Source of the DNA: an uncultured delta proteobacterium
GTDB taxonomy: Bacteria; Myxococcota_A; Polyangia; Polyangiales; Polyangiaceae
Reading direction: 5' to 3'
NCBI GenBank assembly: GCA_963696385.1
Contig: CAVOKF010000004.1
Location: forward strand, 96,001 to 160,000
DNA length: 64,000 nt
The number at the start of each line of letters is the position of its first letter. Positions within the stretch are counted from its first letter, which is position 1. Below, piece after piece: positions 1-8,683 of the stretch. A program made the translations under genes and the position numbers. The notes beneath the pieces were generated by a model. It saw only the letters and a program-made list of their open reading frames with translations, was not told the DNA's origin and did no database searches.

Positions 1-981
1 CGGCGGGCTCCGAGCCTCGCGCAGCTCGACGCCCTCGCGCGGACCTACTCCCGCTCGCTGGCCTCCCTGCTCTCGGACGAGCCCGAACCAGCCACCGTCG
101 TGCTCTGGAGACAGCGACCGCCCGCGGGGGCCGAGGACGTCGAGGCCAAGTTCCTTCGGTTGTCCGAGCAGTACGCGAATCTGGAACGGTGGTGCGGTGA
201 GAAGACGCGCTCCCGTTTGCCGTCACCCCCCGCAACCCCCAACATGGCTTCGAACGCCGCCGAGGAGATGGCTCGTTCCGTCCGCGTCCTGCTGGGGCTT
301 GGCGACCGGCCGGCTCTCGGCCTTCTGCGCGTGCTCGAAGAGGACTACGGAGCGAAGATCTTTCACCTTCCGTTCGAGCCCACAGGAACGGCGGCCTGCA
401 CACGAAGCGAGGCCTTCGGTGACGCGGTCCTCTTGAGCGCGGGCAGCGTCCGATGGCGTCGAAACTTCGACCTCGCCCACGAATTGTTCCACTTGCTGAC
501 GTGGAATGTGTTCCGACCCGCGTCCGCCACCAGCACGAAGCCGGAAGAGAAGCTGGCCGATCGGTTTGCCTCGGCCCTTCTGCTCCCCGAAGAGGCGCTC
601 CGCTCGGCCGTGACCCGAAGGCTCACCAACACGAACCGGGTGACCACCGCCGCCCTATTCGAGATCGCTCGCGACTTCGACGTATCCGTGGATGCTTTGG
701 TCTGGCGCCTGCACGATCTCTACGGGGGCAAGGACCGTGCGTATACCAAGGCCCGGATCCAGGCGCTTCATGAGGTCGCCAAGCTCTACGAAGAGCGCAC
801 CCGGGACGTTCCCTCCGCCCGTCCGGAGCGCTTCCGCGCGCTGGCGGTCACGGCCCTTCGCTCGGGGGAGATTTCGACGGGACGTTTCGCCGAGTACCTC
901 GGGATTACCCGCGGGGAGGCGATGAAGTACGTGGAGCAGGAGGGCCCCCCGGATGAAGCGCTGGAGCTCGCTGCTCCTTGA
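1..981 (+). CDS. XRE-family HTH / ImmA-IrrE family Zn metallopeptidase (5' end outside window)
   Basis: Frame is open from base 1 (RRAPSLAQLDALARTY, tail of an XRE HTH). Contains RRNFDLAHELFH (HExxH) and EEKLADRFASALLLP typical of ImmA/IrrE, and a C-terminal GEISTGRFAEYLG helix pair. Confidence 0.88.
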   Translation, partial: RRAPSLAQLDALARTYSRSLASLLSDEPEPATVVLWRQRPPAGAEDVEAKFLRLSEQYANLERWCGEKTRSRLPSPPATPNMASNAAEEMARSVRVLLGLGDRPALGLLRVLEEDYGAKIFHLPFEPTGTAACTRSEAFGDAVLLSAGSVRWRRNFDLAHELFHLLTWNVFRPASATSTKPEEKLADRFASALLLPEEALRSAVTRRLTNTNRVTTAALFEIARDFDVSVDALVWRLHDLYGGKDRAYTKARIQALHEVAKLYEERTRDVPSARPERFRALAVTALRSGEISTGRFAEYLGITRGEAMKYVEQEGPPDEALELAAP

Positions 982-1480
982 CGCCAACGTCATCATCGAG
1001 CTGTTCAAACAGGGCATTTGGGATCGGGTCGTGGCCGAATGCGACATCTACGCCGCTGAAACTGTGGTCGGCGAGGCTCACTTCTTCGAGGACGACGCGG
1101 GCGTTCGGCACGACTTTGACCTGGGCGCCTCCATCGCCGACGGTCGGATCCAGCAGTTCAGCGTGGCCGCAGCCTCCGTGAAGAAGTTCGTGGCCACCTT
1201 CGGCCTCGACTACATCGAAAAGCTCGACGCCGGGGAGGCCGAGTCGCTCGCCTACCTGGAGCACGCGTCCGACGATCATCGCATCTGCTCGGCCGATGCG
1301 ATCGTCTTCCGGGTCCTCGGCAACCTCGACCGAGGTCACCAAGGCGTTTCACTTCAGGAGGTGCTTGGCAAACTCGGCCTGCAACGGCCTCTTGCCCGGC
1401 AGTTCACCAAGCTCGCCCGCGAGCGTTGGACAGCTCAGGGAGTGACCGAGCGATTGCAGGGAAGAGGACGAAAAACGTGA
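953..1480 (+). CDS. PIN-domain protein (DUF3368/VapC-like putative nuclease)
   Basis: LLLDANVII, LDAGEAESL and ICSAD acidic PIN motifs; overlaps the end of the peptidase gene. Confidence 0.75.
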   Translation: MKRWSSLLLDANVIIELFKQGIWDRVVAECDIYAAETVVGEAHFFEDDAGVRHDFDLGASIADGRIQQFSVAAASVKKFVATFGLDYIEKLDAGEAESLAYLEHASDDHRICSADAIVFRVLGNLDRGHQGVSLQEVLGKLGLQRPLARQFTKLARERWTAQGVTERLQGRGRKT

Positions 1481-1565
1481 AGCCAGAGCTTAGGCTCTGC
1501 CTGTCCTGACGTTCCGGCACTTGGAGCCGGTCTCGAAAGTCGGAAAGTTGGCCGTCGGGGCTGAT

Positions 1566-2315
1566 TCATCGGGCCACACGTGGGCGACGGAAGGTCTCGG
1601 CGGCATTGTGAGCGATGATGCCGCACGCGAAGTGAAGCATGGCGAGATAATTGTCGTCCTTGATTTCCCAGCGCACGAGGATGCGTCGGAAACGATTCAT
1701 CCAGGAGTGTGAACGCTCCACGACCCAACGGCGGGGCTTGTGTCCTTCAGGCCGAGGGTCGGGAACGTCTTCGCCGCGTGCACGGATGTGGTCGACGTAG
1801 TTTTCGTTACGAACGAGAACGCGAACGAAGGCGTAGTCGTACCCTTTGTCGAGGCAGATATTCTGCGGCCCCGCATCGGGGGCAGGTCGCGCGACAGGGA
1901 TGCTCTGCAGAGTGGCTTCAACGAGCTTGCAGTCGTGGCGGTTGGCTCCGTCGATGGCTAGGCCAATCGGCACGCCGCGTGCGTCCGTCAACAGCGAGCG
2001 TTTAGCGCCTAATTTGCCGCGATCCGTGGGATTGCGACCCGTTTTTTTCCCCCCGAGCGGAGCCTTCGTCGTGGCTCCGTCCATCGACTGCCAGGACCAG
2101 TCGATGCCGGCCAAGTCGTCATATCGCTGCAGTCCAACTTGCCAGAACTTCGCAAACACACCGGCCCGCGCCCACGTCTGAAACCACCTGTGGACCGTGC
2201 TCGGACGACCGAAATGACGTGGCAATGCCTTCCACTGACATACAGTACGAAGAACGTACAGAATGCCCTCCATCGTCCGTCGTGCATCAACCCGTGGACG
2301 TCCACTGCGCTTCCG
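1566..2315 (-). mobile_element. IS5 family transposase, probably 5'-truncated by an IS21-like insertion
   Basis: GRPRVD..EGILYVLRT.CQWKALP, SMDG, LDKGYD, RWVVERSHSWMNRFRR motifs. The usual first ~20 residues are missing and replaced by the repeat tract starting at 2316. Confidence 0.9.
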
Positions 2316-2467
2316 TGCCAAACGCCACCCTCATGGGGCCAGGTTCCGGGGTTTTCGCCACGCTCATGGGGCCAGCCAATCGCCAGGGTCATGGGGCCAC
2401 CCGCAAGGGACATGCCGTAAATTCGCCAAGGCCATGGGGCCACTCGATCGCCAGGGTCATGGGGCCA
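2316..2467 (+). repeat. IS21-like terminal region: TG end plus five 19-bp repeats CGCCANNNYCATGGGGCCA
   Basis: Starts TGCCAAACGCCA at 2316; repeat copies start at 2323, 2356, 2381, 2424 and 2449. Confidence 0.8.
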
Positions 2468-2727
2468 GCCCCGCTCTGAGATCAGTGCCCTGGTTCGACG
2501 ACCGAGAGCAAAGGCACGGTGCCAATCGACGACGGTGCGGGTCGCCGTCGGGAGGTGCCGATGGGCTTTCGGGAGCTAACCATGACCGACGTTCGAGAAG
2601 TGCTTCGCAGATGGCAATCTGGACATTAAGCGGCGCCCTTGTCGTGATCCACTGCGCGTCGGGAAAGTGATCCGGGCGCCGGCGTGGTTCGGGGGTCTAA
2701 GCGGCGGGATCGTGACCCACCCCGCCG

Positions 2728-3258
2728 GTGCCGAGGTGTGAGCGTGCGCGGCGTCCGTCGAGGACGCTCGCGGCCATGGCGCCGTGTCGATGTACCGAGT
2801 GTCGGAAGTGGTTCGAGCCGTCGGTGACGACGGGGTCGCGTCAGCGCGTGTGCGGAAAGGAGTGTCGGCGGCTGCGCCAAAATAAGCTCGCGCGACGGCG
2901 ACGTCGCGGCGAGCGGGGCGAGCGATGCGCCGAGGAGGCTGCGCGTCAGCGCGCGCACCGACAAGCGAAGAGGGGGGCTTGTCACGCGCCACCTTCGGAT
3001 GACAAGTACCTGGAATTGCTTTTGAAACTCGAGCAAATCGTGGACGACGGTGCGCGCCTGTCACGCGCCACCTTCCGACGCGAAGTGCGCCGAATTTTTC
3101 GACAAAACGGCCTATTCGGGGCAGCCGATATGGACGGAGCTGGACGGTGTCACACGCCACCTTCGGTGCTGGGACCTGCGGAAATGGGCTCTGGATCCGT
3201 CGTCCGCGTAGACGGTGTCACGCGGTTGGTGAGGGCGGGCTGTGATGGGCTCCGCGAC
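2728..3258 (+). CDS. Zn-ribbon hypothetical protein of the element (reads in frame into the ParB part)
   Basis: CTECRKWFEP..RQRVCGKECRR followed by an Arg-rich helix; the boundary with ParB is an estimate. Confidence 0.55.
2980..3166 (+). repeat. Three dispersed repeats TGTCACRCGCCACCTTCSG
   Basis: Copies start at 2980, 3059 and 3148; a partial copy TGTCACGCG is at 3216. Confidence 0.8.
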
Positions 3259-4013
3259 GTGAGCGCCACCGCCCATGCCGAGCGTCGCGTCGCCCTAGCC
3301 GAGCTCGGCGAGCGCCTCGGGACCCTTCGTCTCGCCGACGCCGCGGCGCTGGCGGCGATGCGGTCGTCGCTTGCGCACCACGGGCAGCTGTCGCCCGTAC
3401 GGGCGTTCGAGCACGACGGACGGCTCGAGGTGTTCGACGGCTTCAAACGGCTGCGCGTCGCGCGCGGTCTGGGCCTAGGGGAGTTGAGCGCCCGCGTCGT
3501 CGACGTCGATGTCGTCGAGGCCACCGTGCACATGCGCGAGCTCCAGGCCGGGCGCGGTCACCCCGCTGGAGGAAGGCTGGATGGTGCGTGCGCTTTACCG
3601 AGATTGCCACTTGAGCCAAGGCGCCATTGCCGCACGCCTTCGTTGCCATAAGACCTGGGTGTGCCGCCGGCTGCTGCTGGTCGAAGCCCTCGACTCGAGC
3701 GTCCAGGCCGATGTGCGGTTGGGATTGCTGGCCGCGCGGGCGGCGGTGCTCGTCTCGGCGTTGCCACGTGGCAACCAGGCTCCCGCCGCCAGCGTCGTGA
3801 TCCGGCGCGGGCTCACGGTCCGCCAGACGGCTCTTCTGGTGCGCGAGCTCATCGACGCCGGCGAGTCCGGGACCCAGCAGGCGATCCTGGAGCGCTGGAC
3901 CCAGGGGCCCCCTGCGACGGCGCGCCCGGGCGTACGCGCGATCCGCGGGGTGGTCGAGACCCTCGCCTGGGACATCTCGACGATCCGACGCAGCGCGGGG
4001 CGCCTGCAAGCCC
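3259..4013 (+). pseudogene. ParB/RepB/Spo0J family protein, frameshifted near 3558
   Basis: SLAHHGQLSPV..FDGFKRLRVAR (ParB N-terminal domain), continuing in another frame as TPLEEGWMVRAL..LSQGAIAARLRCHKTWVCRRLLL (HTH). Confidence 0.8.
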
Positions 4014-4628
4014 ATGACCGCGCGCTGGCGGACCCGCGAAGAATTGATCCATCAGGTCGTGGTGCTCACGGCGCAGGGGATGAGCCGCCGCGCCATTACG
4101 CGCGCGGTGGGGGTCAGTCGCAACACCATTCGCAAGATTCTCAGCGCCCATGGCAAGGCGCGCGATACTGGGCATACGGCGCTGCCGCCCCGTCCGGAGC
4201 GACTGCCGAATCCAACCAAGATCGACGCCTATCGCGGTCGCGTTCAGGAGCTGCTCGCGCGCTATCCCGACATCACCGCTCAGCGTGTATTCGAGATCTT
4301 GAAGGACGAGGGATTCACCGGCGGATACACGGGAGTCAAAAGGCACCTGCGGCGCACCCGCCCGGCGCCCAAACCCACGCCCAGCCTGGAAGCGCCCGTG
4401 TTCGGGCCCGGCAAGATGGCCGAGAGCGACTGGTCGCCCTATGCGATCACGTACACCGACGGCCGCTCCGAGATCGTGCAAGTGTTCTCGTACGTCCTGG
4501 TCTACTCCAAAAGAAAGTTCTACGACGCCTTCGGCTCGCCGGACCTCTTCGCCTTGTTGGACGGCCACGGCGCGCGTTCGCACGCTTCCAGGGCTGCGCC
4601 GAAGGGTGCAAGTACGACAGCCAGAAGC
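4014..4628 (+). pseudogene. istA: IS21 family transposase IstA, frameshifted near 4568 and truncated
   Basis: N-terminal HTH (GMSRRAITRAVGVSRNTIRK), KIDAY, GFTGGYT, PGKMAESDW, then KYDSQK in a shifted frame before the break. Confidence 0.85.
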
Positions 4629-4870
4629 TTCAACGCTCGCCAGAAATGACCCGGGTGTGCTCGCGAGAAAAGGTCCGCCTCGGGAAGCGAGGGCGGGAAG
4701 CGATGCTCGGGGGTGTGCCGGCCGCGTCCTTGTACGATCTGTCGTCGATGGTTCCGTCCTGATCCTCGCGTAGGCGAGCGTCAGCGGGCGTGCTCGAGGG
4801 CGTGCAACGCCGAGCTGCGCAAACGGACGCAAGCGGCGTGGCGGACGCGTCACCCGGAGTACGCGAGGCA
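4629..4870 (+). mobile_element. Left-end remnant of a second IS21-like element with a Zn-ribbon ORF
   Basis: TTCAACGCTCGCCAGAAATGACCCG with a second imperfect copy 24 bp later (4635 and 4659, 15/19 match), then CTICRRWFRPDPRVGERQRACSRAC from 4713. Confidence 0.6.
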
Positions 4871-5788
4871 CCGTCACGGTGGACGCGATGTTTTGAGAAT
4901 GGGCGAAGCGCGGCGGCGCGTAGTCTGAGAGAGCGACGGTGGTGAAAATCGCGCTCAGAAGATAAAGCGGCCCAGGCAGGGAATGGCTTGAGAATGGAGT
5001 GGGCGCAAAATCAAACCGGAGATCCCAACGTTGCCAGATGAGAATCTGTCGTCGTCATGCATCGTCCAGACGGACCAGTCGAGCCCCTTCACCAACTGTT
5101 GCCGTGCGCGCTATTTGCACCAATCTCCACCGGTCTGGATGATCGCGATTTGCGCAATGCCATGCGAACGTCGCGGTGGGTAATTTGAAACGATCTCGGG
5201 GCGATCCATGGGGCTACCGCGCCGAAGGGCGACATCGCGTGCCCTGAGGCAACGGCGGCTTGGTTTGCTCGTCTTCGGGTGCCGTTCCGGGCACCCTACG
5301 ACCGAGCGCTTGAAAATCGGCGCGGTCACCGTCGTTTCCGACGTTCGCTGCGCGCCCACTTTCGCGCACTCTGCGTGATCCCGATCACTCGGCTGCGCGA
5401 TCCTTTGGATCACCAAGCGCGCGCGAAATCGGATGCAGATCGACCAACGAGTGCGGGCGTTAACACCAACAAGCCAAGACTTGCGCCGTGGGGCCCAGTA
5501 CGGCGACGCACGCGCGATGATCAGCGTGTTGAATCTCGAGAACGACTGCCAGGCGGACTCGGCAAGCCGACGGCTGCGGTGGCTCAGCCGTTGGAAAGAG
5601 ACGCTCGACACCGCCTCGCAGTGCCTCCGACTTGGAACCGGTGATCGGCCAGACCATGCCCTCCGTGAATCGACCCGGGCGCAGAGGTTTTCGGGGGAAA
5701 CGGCGGTCGGATGGTCCGAATGCGCGAACGGCGCGACGTTCCGAGCGGGACCGAAGACACGCGTGCCCCGCCCACGCCTGGGAGCTAC

Positions 5789-5817
5789 TTGCACGACTTA
5801 TCGATATGGGTTAATTT
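5789..5817 (+). promoter_or_regulatory. Putative sigma70 promoter of higBA
   Basis: TTGCAC-17 bp-TAATTT with palindrome TATCGATA in the spacer; the GTG start lies 6 nt after the -10 box. Confidence 0.5.
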
Positions 5818-5823
5818 CTTGTC

Positions 5824-6114
5824 GTGATCCGCTCTTTTGCGGACAAGCGGACAGCAGACCTCTTCTACGGCCATTCGACGGCACGGTCGCGACGGGTTCC
5901 AACGGACGTCATGAGGACAGCCTTACGTAAGCTCGCACAGCTCGACGCCGCCGCGCGTCTCGAGGATCTCCGCGTGCCGCCGGCCAACCGTCTCGAGGCG
6001 CTTGCCGGGCAGATGCGGGGCCTGCATAGCATTCGCGTGAACGATCAGTGGCGAATCGTGTTCCGCTGGCGCGACGACGGACCCCACGAGGTTGCGTTCA
6101 CGGACTACCACTAG
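5824..6114 (+). CDS. higB: HigB toxin (RelE/ParE superfamily, plasmid maintenance killer type)
   Basis: MIRSFADK..LEDLRVPPANRLEALAG..HSIRVNDQWRIVFRW..DYH. Confidence 0.95.
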   Translation: MIRSFADKRTADLFYGHSTARSRRVPTDVMRTALRKLAQLDAAARLEDLRVPPANRLEALAGQMRGLHSIRVNDQWRIVFRWRDDGPHEVAFTDYH

Positions 6115-6122
6115 AGCAGACA

Positions 6123-6425
6123 ATGACGATCAAGCGCGATCCTAACCGCATGGGGGTGCCGGTGCACCCGGGTGAGGTTCTTCTCGAGGAGTTTCTGCGC
6201 CCGCTCGGGCTCTCGCAAGCAACGCTCGCCCGCCACCTCAACGTCTCGCTGGTGCGGGTCAACGAACTGGTGAAAGGCAAACGCGGCGTCAGCGCAGAGA
6301 CGGCGTGGCTCCTCGCTCAGACCTTCGGCACGACGCCGCAATTCTGGATCAATCTGCAGTCAAACTACGACCTCGCGAAGGCCCGGCCCGCGCACGGCGT
6401 CGCAAAGATCCGGCGGGCGAGCTGA
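6123..6425 (+). CDS. higA: HigA antitoxin (XRE HTH)
   Basis: PVHPGEVLLEEFLRPLGLSQ..GKRGVSAETA..FGTTPQFWINLQ; directly after higB. Confidence 0.95.
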   Translation: MTIKRDPNRMGVPVHPGEVLLEEFLRPLGLSQATLARHLNVSLVRVNELVKGKRGVSAETAWLLAQTFGTTPQFWINLQSNYDLAKARPAHGVAKIRRAS

Positions 6426-6620
6426 CGCTCGTCGCCGCCGACTCGCAAGGTCCGCCCTCAGCTGCGCACGGGTCGCCATGACGCGGCTTCAGAGCGTCGG
6501 TCGGTGTTCCGTCGGTGCCCCGAGCACTGAAGAAACGGTCCCCGGCCTGCCGCGTTCTCTGCGCCCAGAGCGGGCACGGTTTGGGTGTTAGCAGCCACGC
6601 GGATCCGTACGGCGGAAACC

Positions 6621-6649
6621 TTGACGCTATGGTCTTTAGGCCATACGCT
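6621..6649 (+). promoter_or_regulatory. Sigma70-type promoter with operator-like palindrome
   Basis: TTGACG-17 bp-TACGCT; TATGGTCT-TT-AGGCCATA inverted repeat at 6628-6645. Confidence 0.6.
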
Positions 6650-6658
6650 CTGACGAGG

Positions 6659-6961
6659 ATGGCAACGAAATTCAGCACCTTCGTGCGCGAGATCGAGGAT
6701 GAGGCGAAGGCTGAGGGGGCGGAGGCCGTGAAGCAGCTCGACGCCCTGCGCACTCACTTCCGCCTGGGCCGTCGCATCGCGGAGGCGCGGCTCGCCCGAG
6801 ACCTGACCCAGAGGCAGGTCGCGAACCTAGCCGGCATCGACCAGGCGGATGTCTCCAACATTGAGCGGGGGGCGGCGAACCCGACGTTCAACACGCTCAA
6901 CGCGCTGGTCTCTGCGGTCGGAATGGAACTCGACCTGAAGAAGAGCCGACGCGCGCGGTAG
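6659..6961 (+). CDS. XRE-family HTH protein (orphan antitoxin-like)
   Basis: RIAEARLARDLTQRQVANLAGIDQADVSNIERGAANPTFNTL. Confidence 0.85.
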   Translation: MATKFSTFVREIEDEAKAEGAEAVKQLDALRTHFRLGRRIAEARLARDLTQRQVANLAGIDQADVSNIERGAANPTFNTLNALVSAVGMELDLKKSRRAR

Positions 6962-7079
6962 CCCGCTCACCCGGGCCATCGGGCGTCTCGCCAGCCAGCC
7001 GCGTGCAGGACCATGCGCCGCGCGCCCTCTCGAACCTTGCTGTTGCGTCCGCCTCGGCAACGTGCTGACCTAACGTTCG

Positions 7080-8663
7080 TCACTGCTTGACGATCTTCAG
7101 CACTGTGCCATCTGTGTAGTTGTTGGCGACCGTCCCTTGGCTGATCCAGTAAACGCTTGTGGCATCCACGGCAATTTCCCATGGATTGTTCTGAGCCAAG
7201 GCGAGGGTAGTCGTCGCCCCACCGGTAAGGGGCATCTTCACGATCGCGCCGTCCATAAAGTCGTGAATCTCCATTCCCGCATTCGTCCAATAAAGACTCG
7301 TCGCATCCACGGTGATGAATTGAGGCGCGTTTTGACTCGACGCGAGCACGATAGGGGTACCTCCTCCGATTGGCACGCTCATCACGGTGCCGTCTGTGAA
7401 ATTGTTGTCCTTTGTCCCCTCTTCCACCCAGTACACGTTGCTTGCATCGACGACGATCCCACCGGTGGAATTCTGCATCTGGGCAAGCATCTTGGGTGGA
7501 CCGCCGCTCAGCGGGACACTCATCACTGTGCCCGTGAGTGGTGAGCCCGCAGCGAAGTTGGTCCAGTAGACGCTTGTGGCATCGACGGCAATGAAGCTGG
7601 CTCCGTTTTGCTGCGTGGCGAGAATTGTCGGTTTACCGCCACCGAGAGGTACTTTCATGACCGTGCTGTCACTCGCCCAGTAGACGCTCGTCCCGTCCAC
7701 GGCGACGCCGGTCGGCAAATCCTGCCCGGACGCGAGTGTCGTCGCCGTGCCGCCCGCAAGGGGAACCTGCATCACAGTGCCGGCTGCGACCTGGGTCGTC
7801 CAGTAGACGCTTGTGAGATTGACGGCGACGCCATAGGGAGCGCTCTGCCCGGACGCGAGAGTAACAGTCGAGCCTCCACCGCGCGGCACTTTCATAACCG
7901 TACCGTCAATGGGGGTGCCGCCGTCCGCATACGTTCCGTTGTTCGTCCAGTAGACGCTCGTGGCGTCAACCGCGATGCCCACCGGGTCGTCCTGTCCGGA
8001 CGCAAGCGTCACGGGCTGGCACACTCGAGCCAGGCATATTCCACCGAGACAGCTGTGTCCGCAAGCGCCGCAGTTCAAGGAGTCCGCGTCCTCGTCTACG
8101 CACGACCCGTTGCAGCGAGTGGGTGCGCCGGGGGGGCACCCGGACGCGCAAGCGAACAAAGCCCCTGCGTCGGCGGCCAAGCAAAGCGGGGCCGCCGGCG
8201 AGCAGCTCGTGCCGCAACCCCCGCAAGTCGCGGCCGCGGACAGGTCAGTCCCGCAACCCGTGCCCGAATCCGCGCAGTCGGCGTAGCCTGCGGCGCACGA
8301 GTAGGAGCACTTTCTTCCAACGCAATGCAGCCCCGCGGCGCTGACGTTGCCGAGTTGCGTGCAGTCGTTATCGCATGAGCCGCAAGTGTGCACGTCGTCA
8401 GGCGACAGGCAGCCGGCGTCGCAGGTCAGCGTACCGCTCGCGCACCCTGGGCTTGTCCCTTCAACTGCGTCGCTGCCGGTATCGACATAGCTAATTGCTT
8501 CGCTGCTCGCTTCGGCCGGTTGAACATCGACGCTCGCATCCACCACTCCTGCCTCGGATGGGTACGGCACGCCCTCAGCCGCCGTAGTCCCGTTGCAGCT
8601 GGCCCCGAACACAACCGCGCCCACAAACGCGCCGGATGCCGCCACTGCGTGGATGTTGTTCAT
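7080..8663 (-). CDS. Secreted/lipoprotein with Cys-rich repeats and a beta-propeller (VAVDATSVYW repeats)
   Basis: Signal-like N terminus ending GASC, CGxCG Cys-rich region, about seven xAVDxxxVYW blades. Confidence 0.85.
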   Translation of the reverse strand: MNNIHAVAASGAFVGAVVFGASCNGTTAAEGVPYPSEAGVVDASVDVQPAEASSEAISYVDTGSDAVEGTSPGCASGTLTCDAGCLSPDDVHTCGSCDNDCTQLGNVSAAGLHCVGRKCSYSCAAGYADCADSGTGCGTDLSAAATCGGCGTSCSPAAPLCLAADAGALFACASGCPPGAPTRCNGSCVDEDADSLNCGACGHSCLGGICLARVCQPVTLASGQDDPVGIAVDATSVYWTNNGTYADGGTPIDGTVMKVPRGGGSTVTLASGQSAPYGVAVNLTSVYWTTQVAAGTVMQVPLAGGTATTLASGQDLPTGVAVDGTSVYWASDSTVMKVPLGGGKPTILATQQNGASFIAVDATSVYWTNFAAGSPLTGTVMSVPLSGGPPKMLAQMQNSTGGIVVDASNVYWVEEGTKDNNFTDGTVMSVPIGGGTPIVLASSQNAPQFITVDATSLYWTNAGMEIHDFMDGAIVKMPLTGGATTTLALAQNNPWEIAVDATSVYWISQGTVANNYTDGTVLKIVKQ

Positions 8664-8683
8664 ACTCAACGGGGCCTCTTGAA

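Larger units (their letters stand above)
2316..4628 (+). mobile_element. Partial IS21-like element (Zn-ribbon ORF, ParB-like gene, istA)
   Basis: Repeat-bearing TG end followed by co-oriented Zn-ribbon, ParB and IstA-like reading frames; no istB or right end visible. Confidence 0.7.

Noticed and set aside
2316..2467. Mini CRISPR array
   Set aside because: Repeats are 19 bp with gaps of only 6-24 bp, no cas genes are present, and a transposon end explains them better.
4871..5780. Gene or ncRNA between the IS remnant and higB
   Set aside because: No recognisable motifs, consistent frame or convincing structure.
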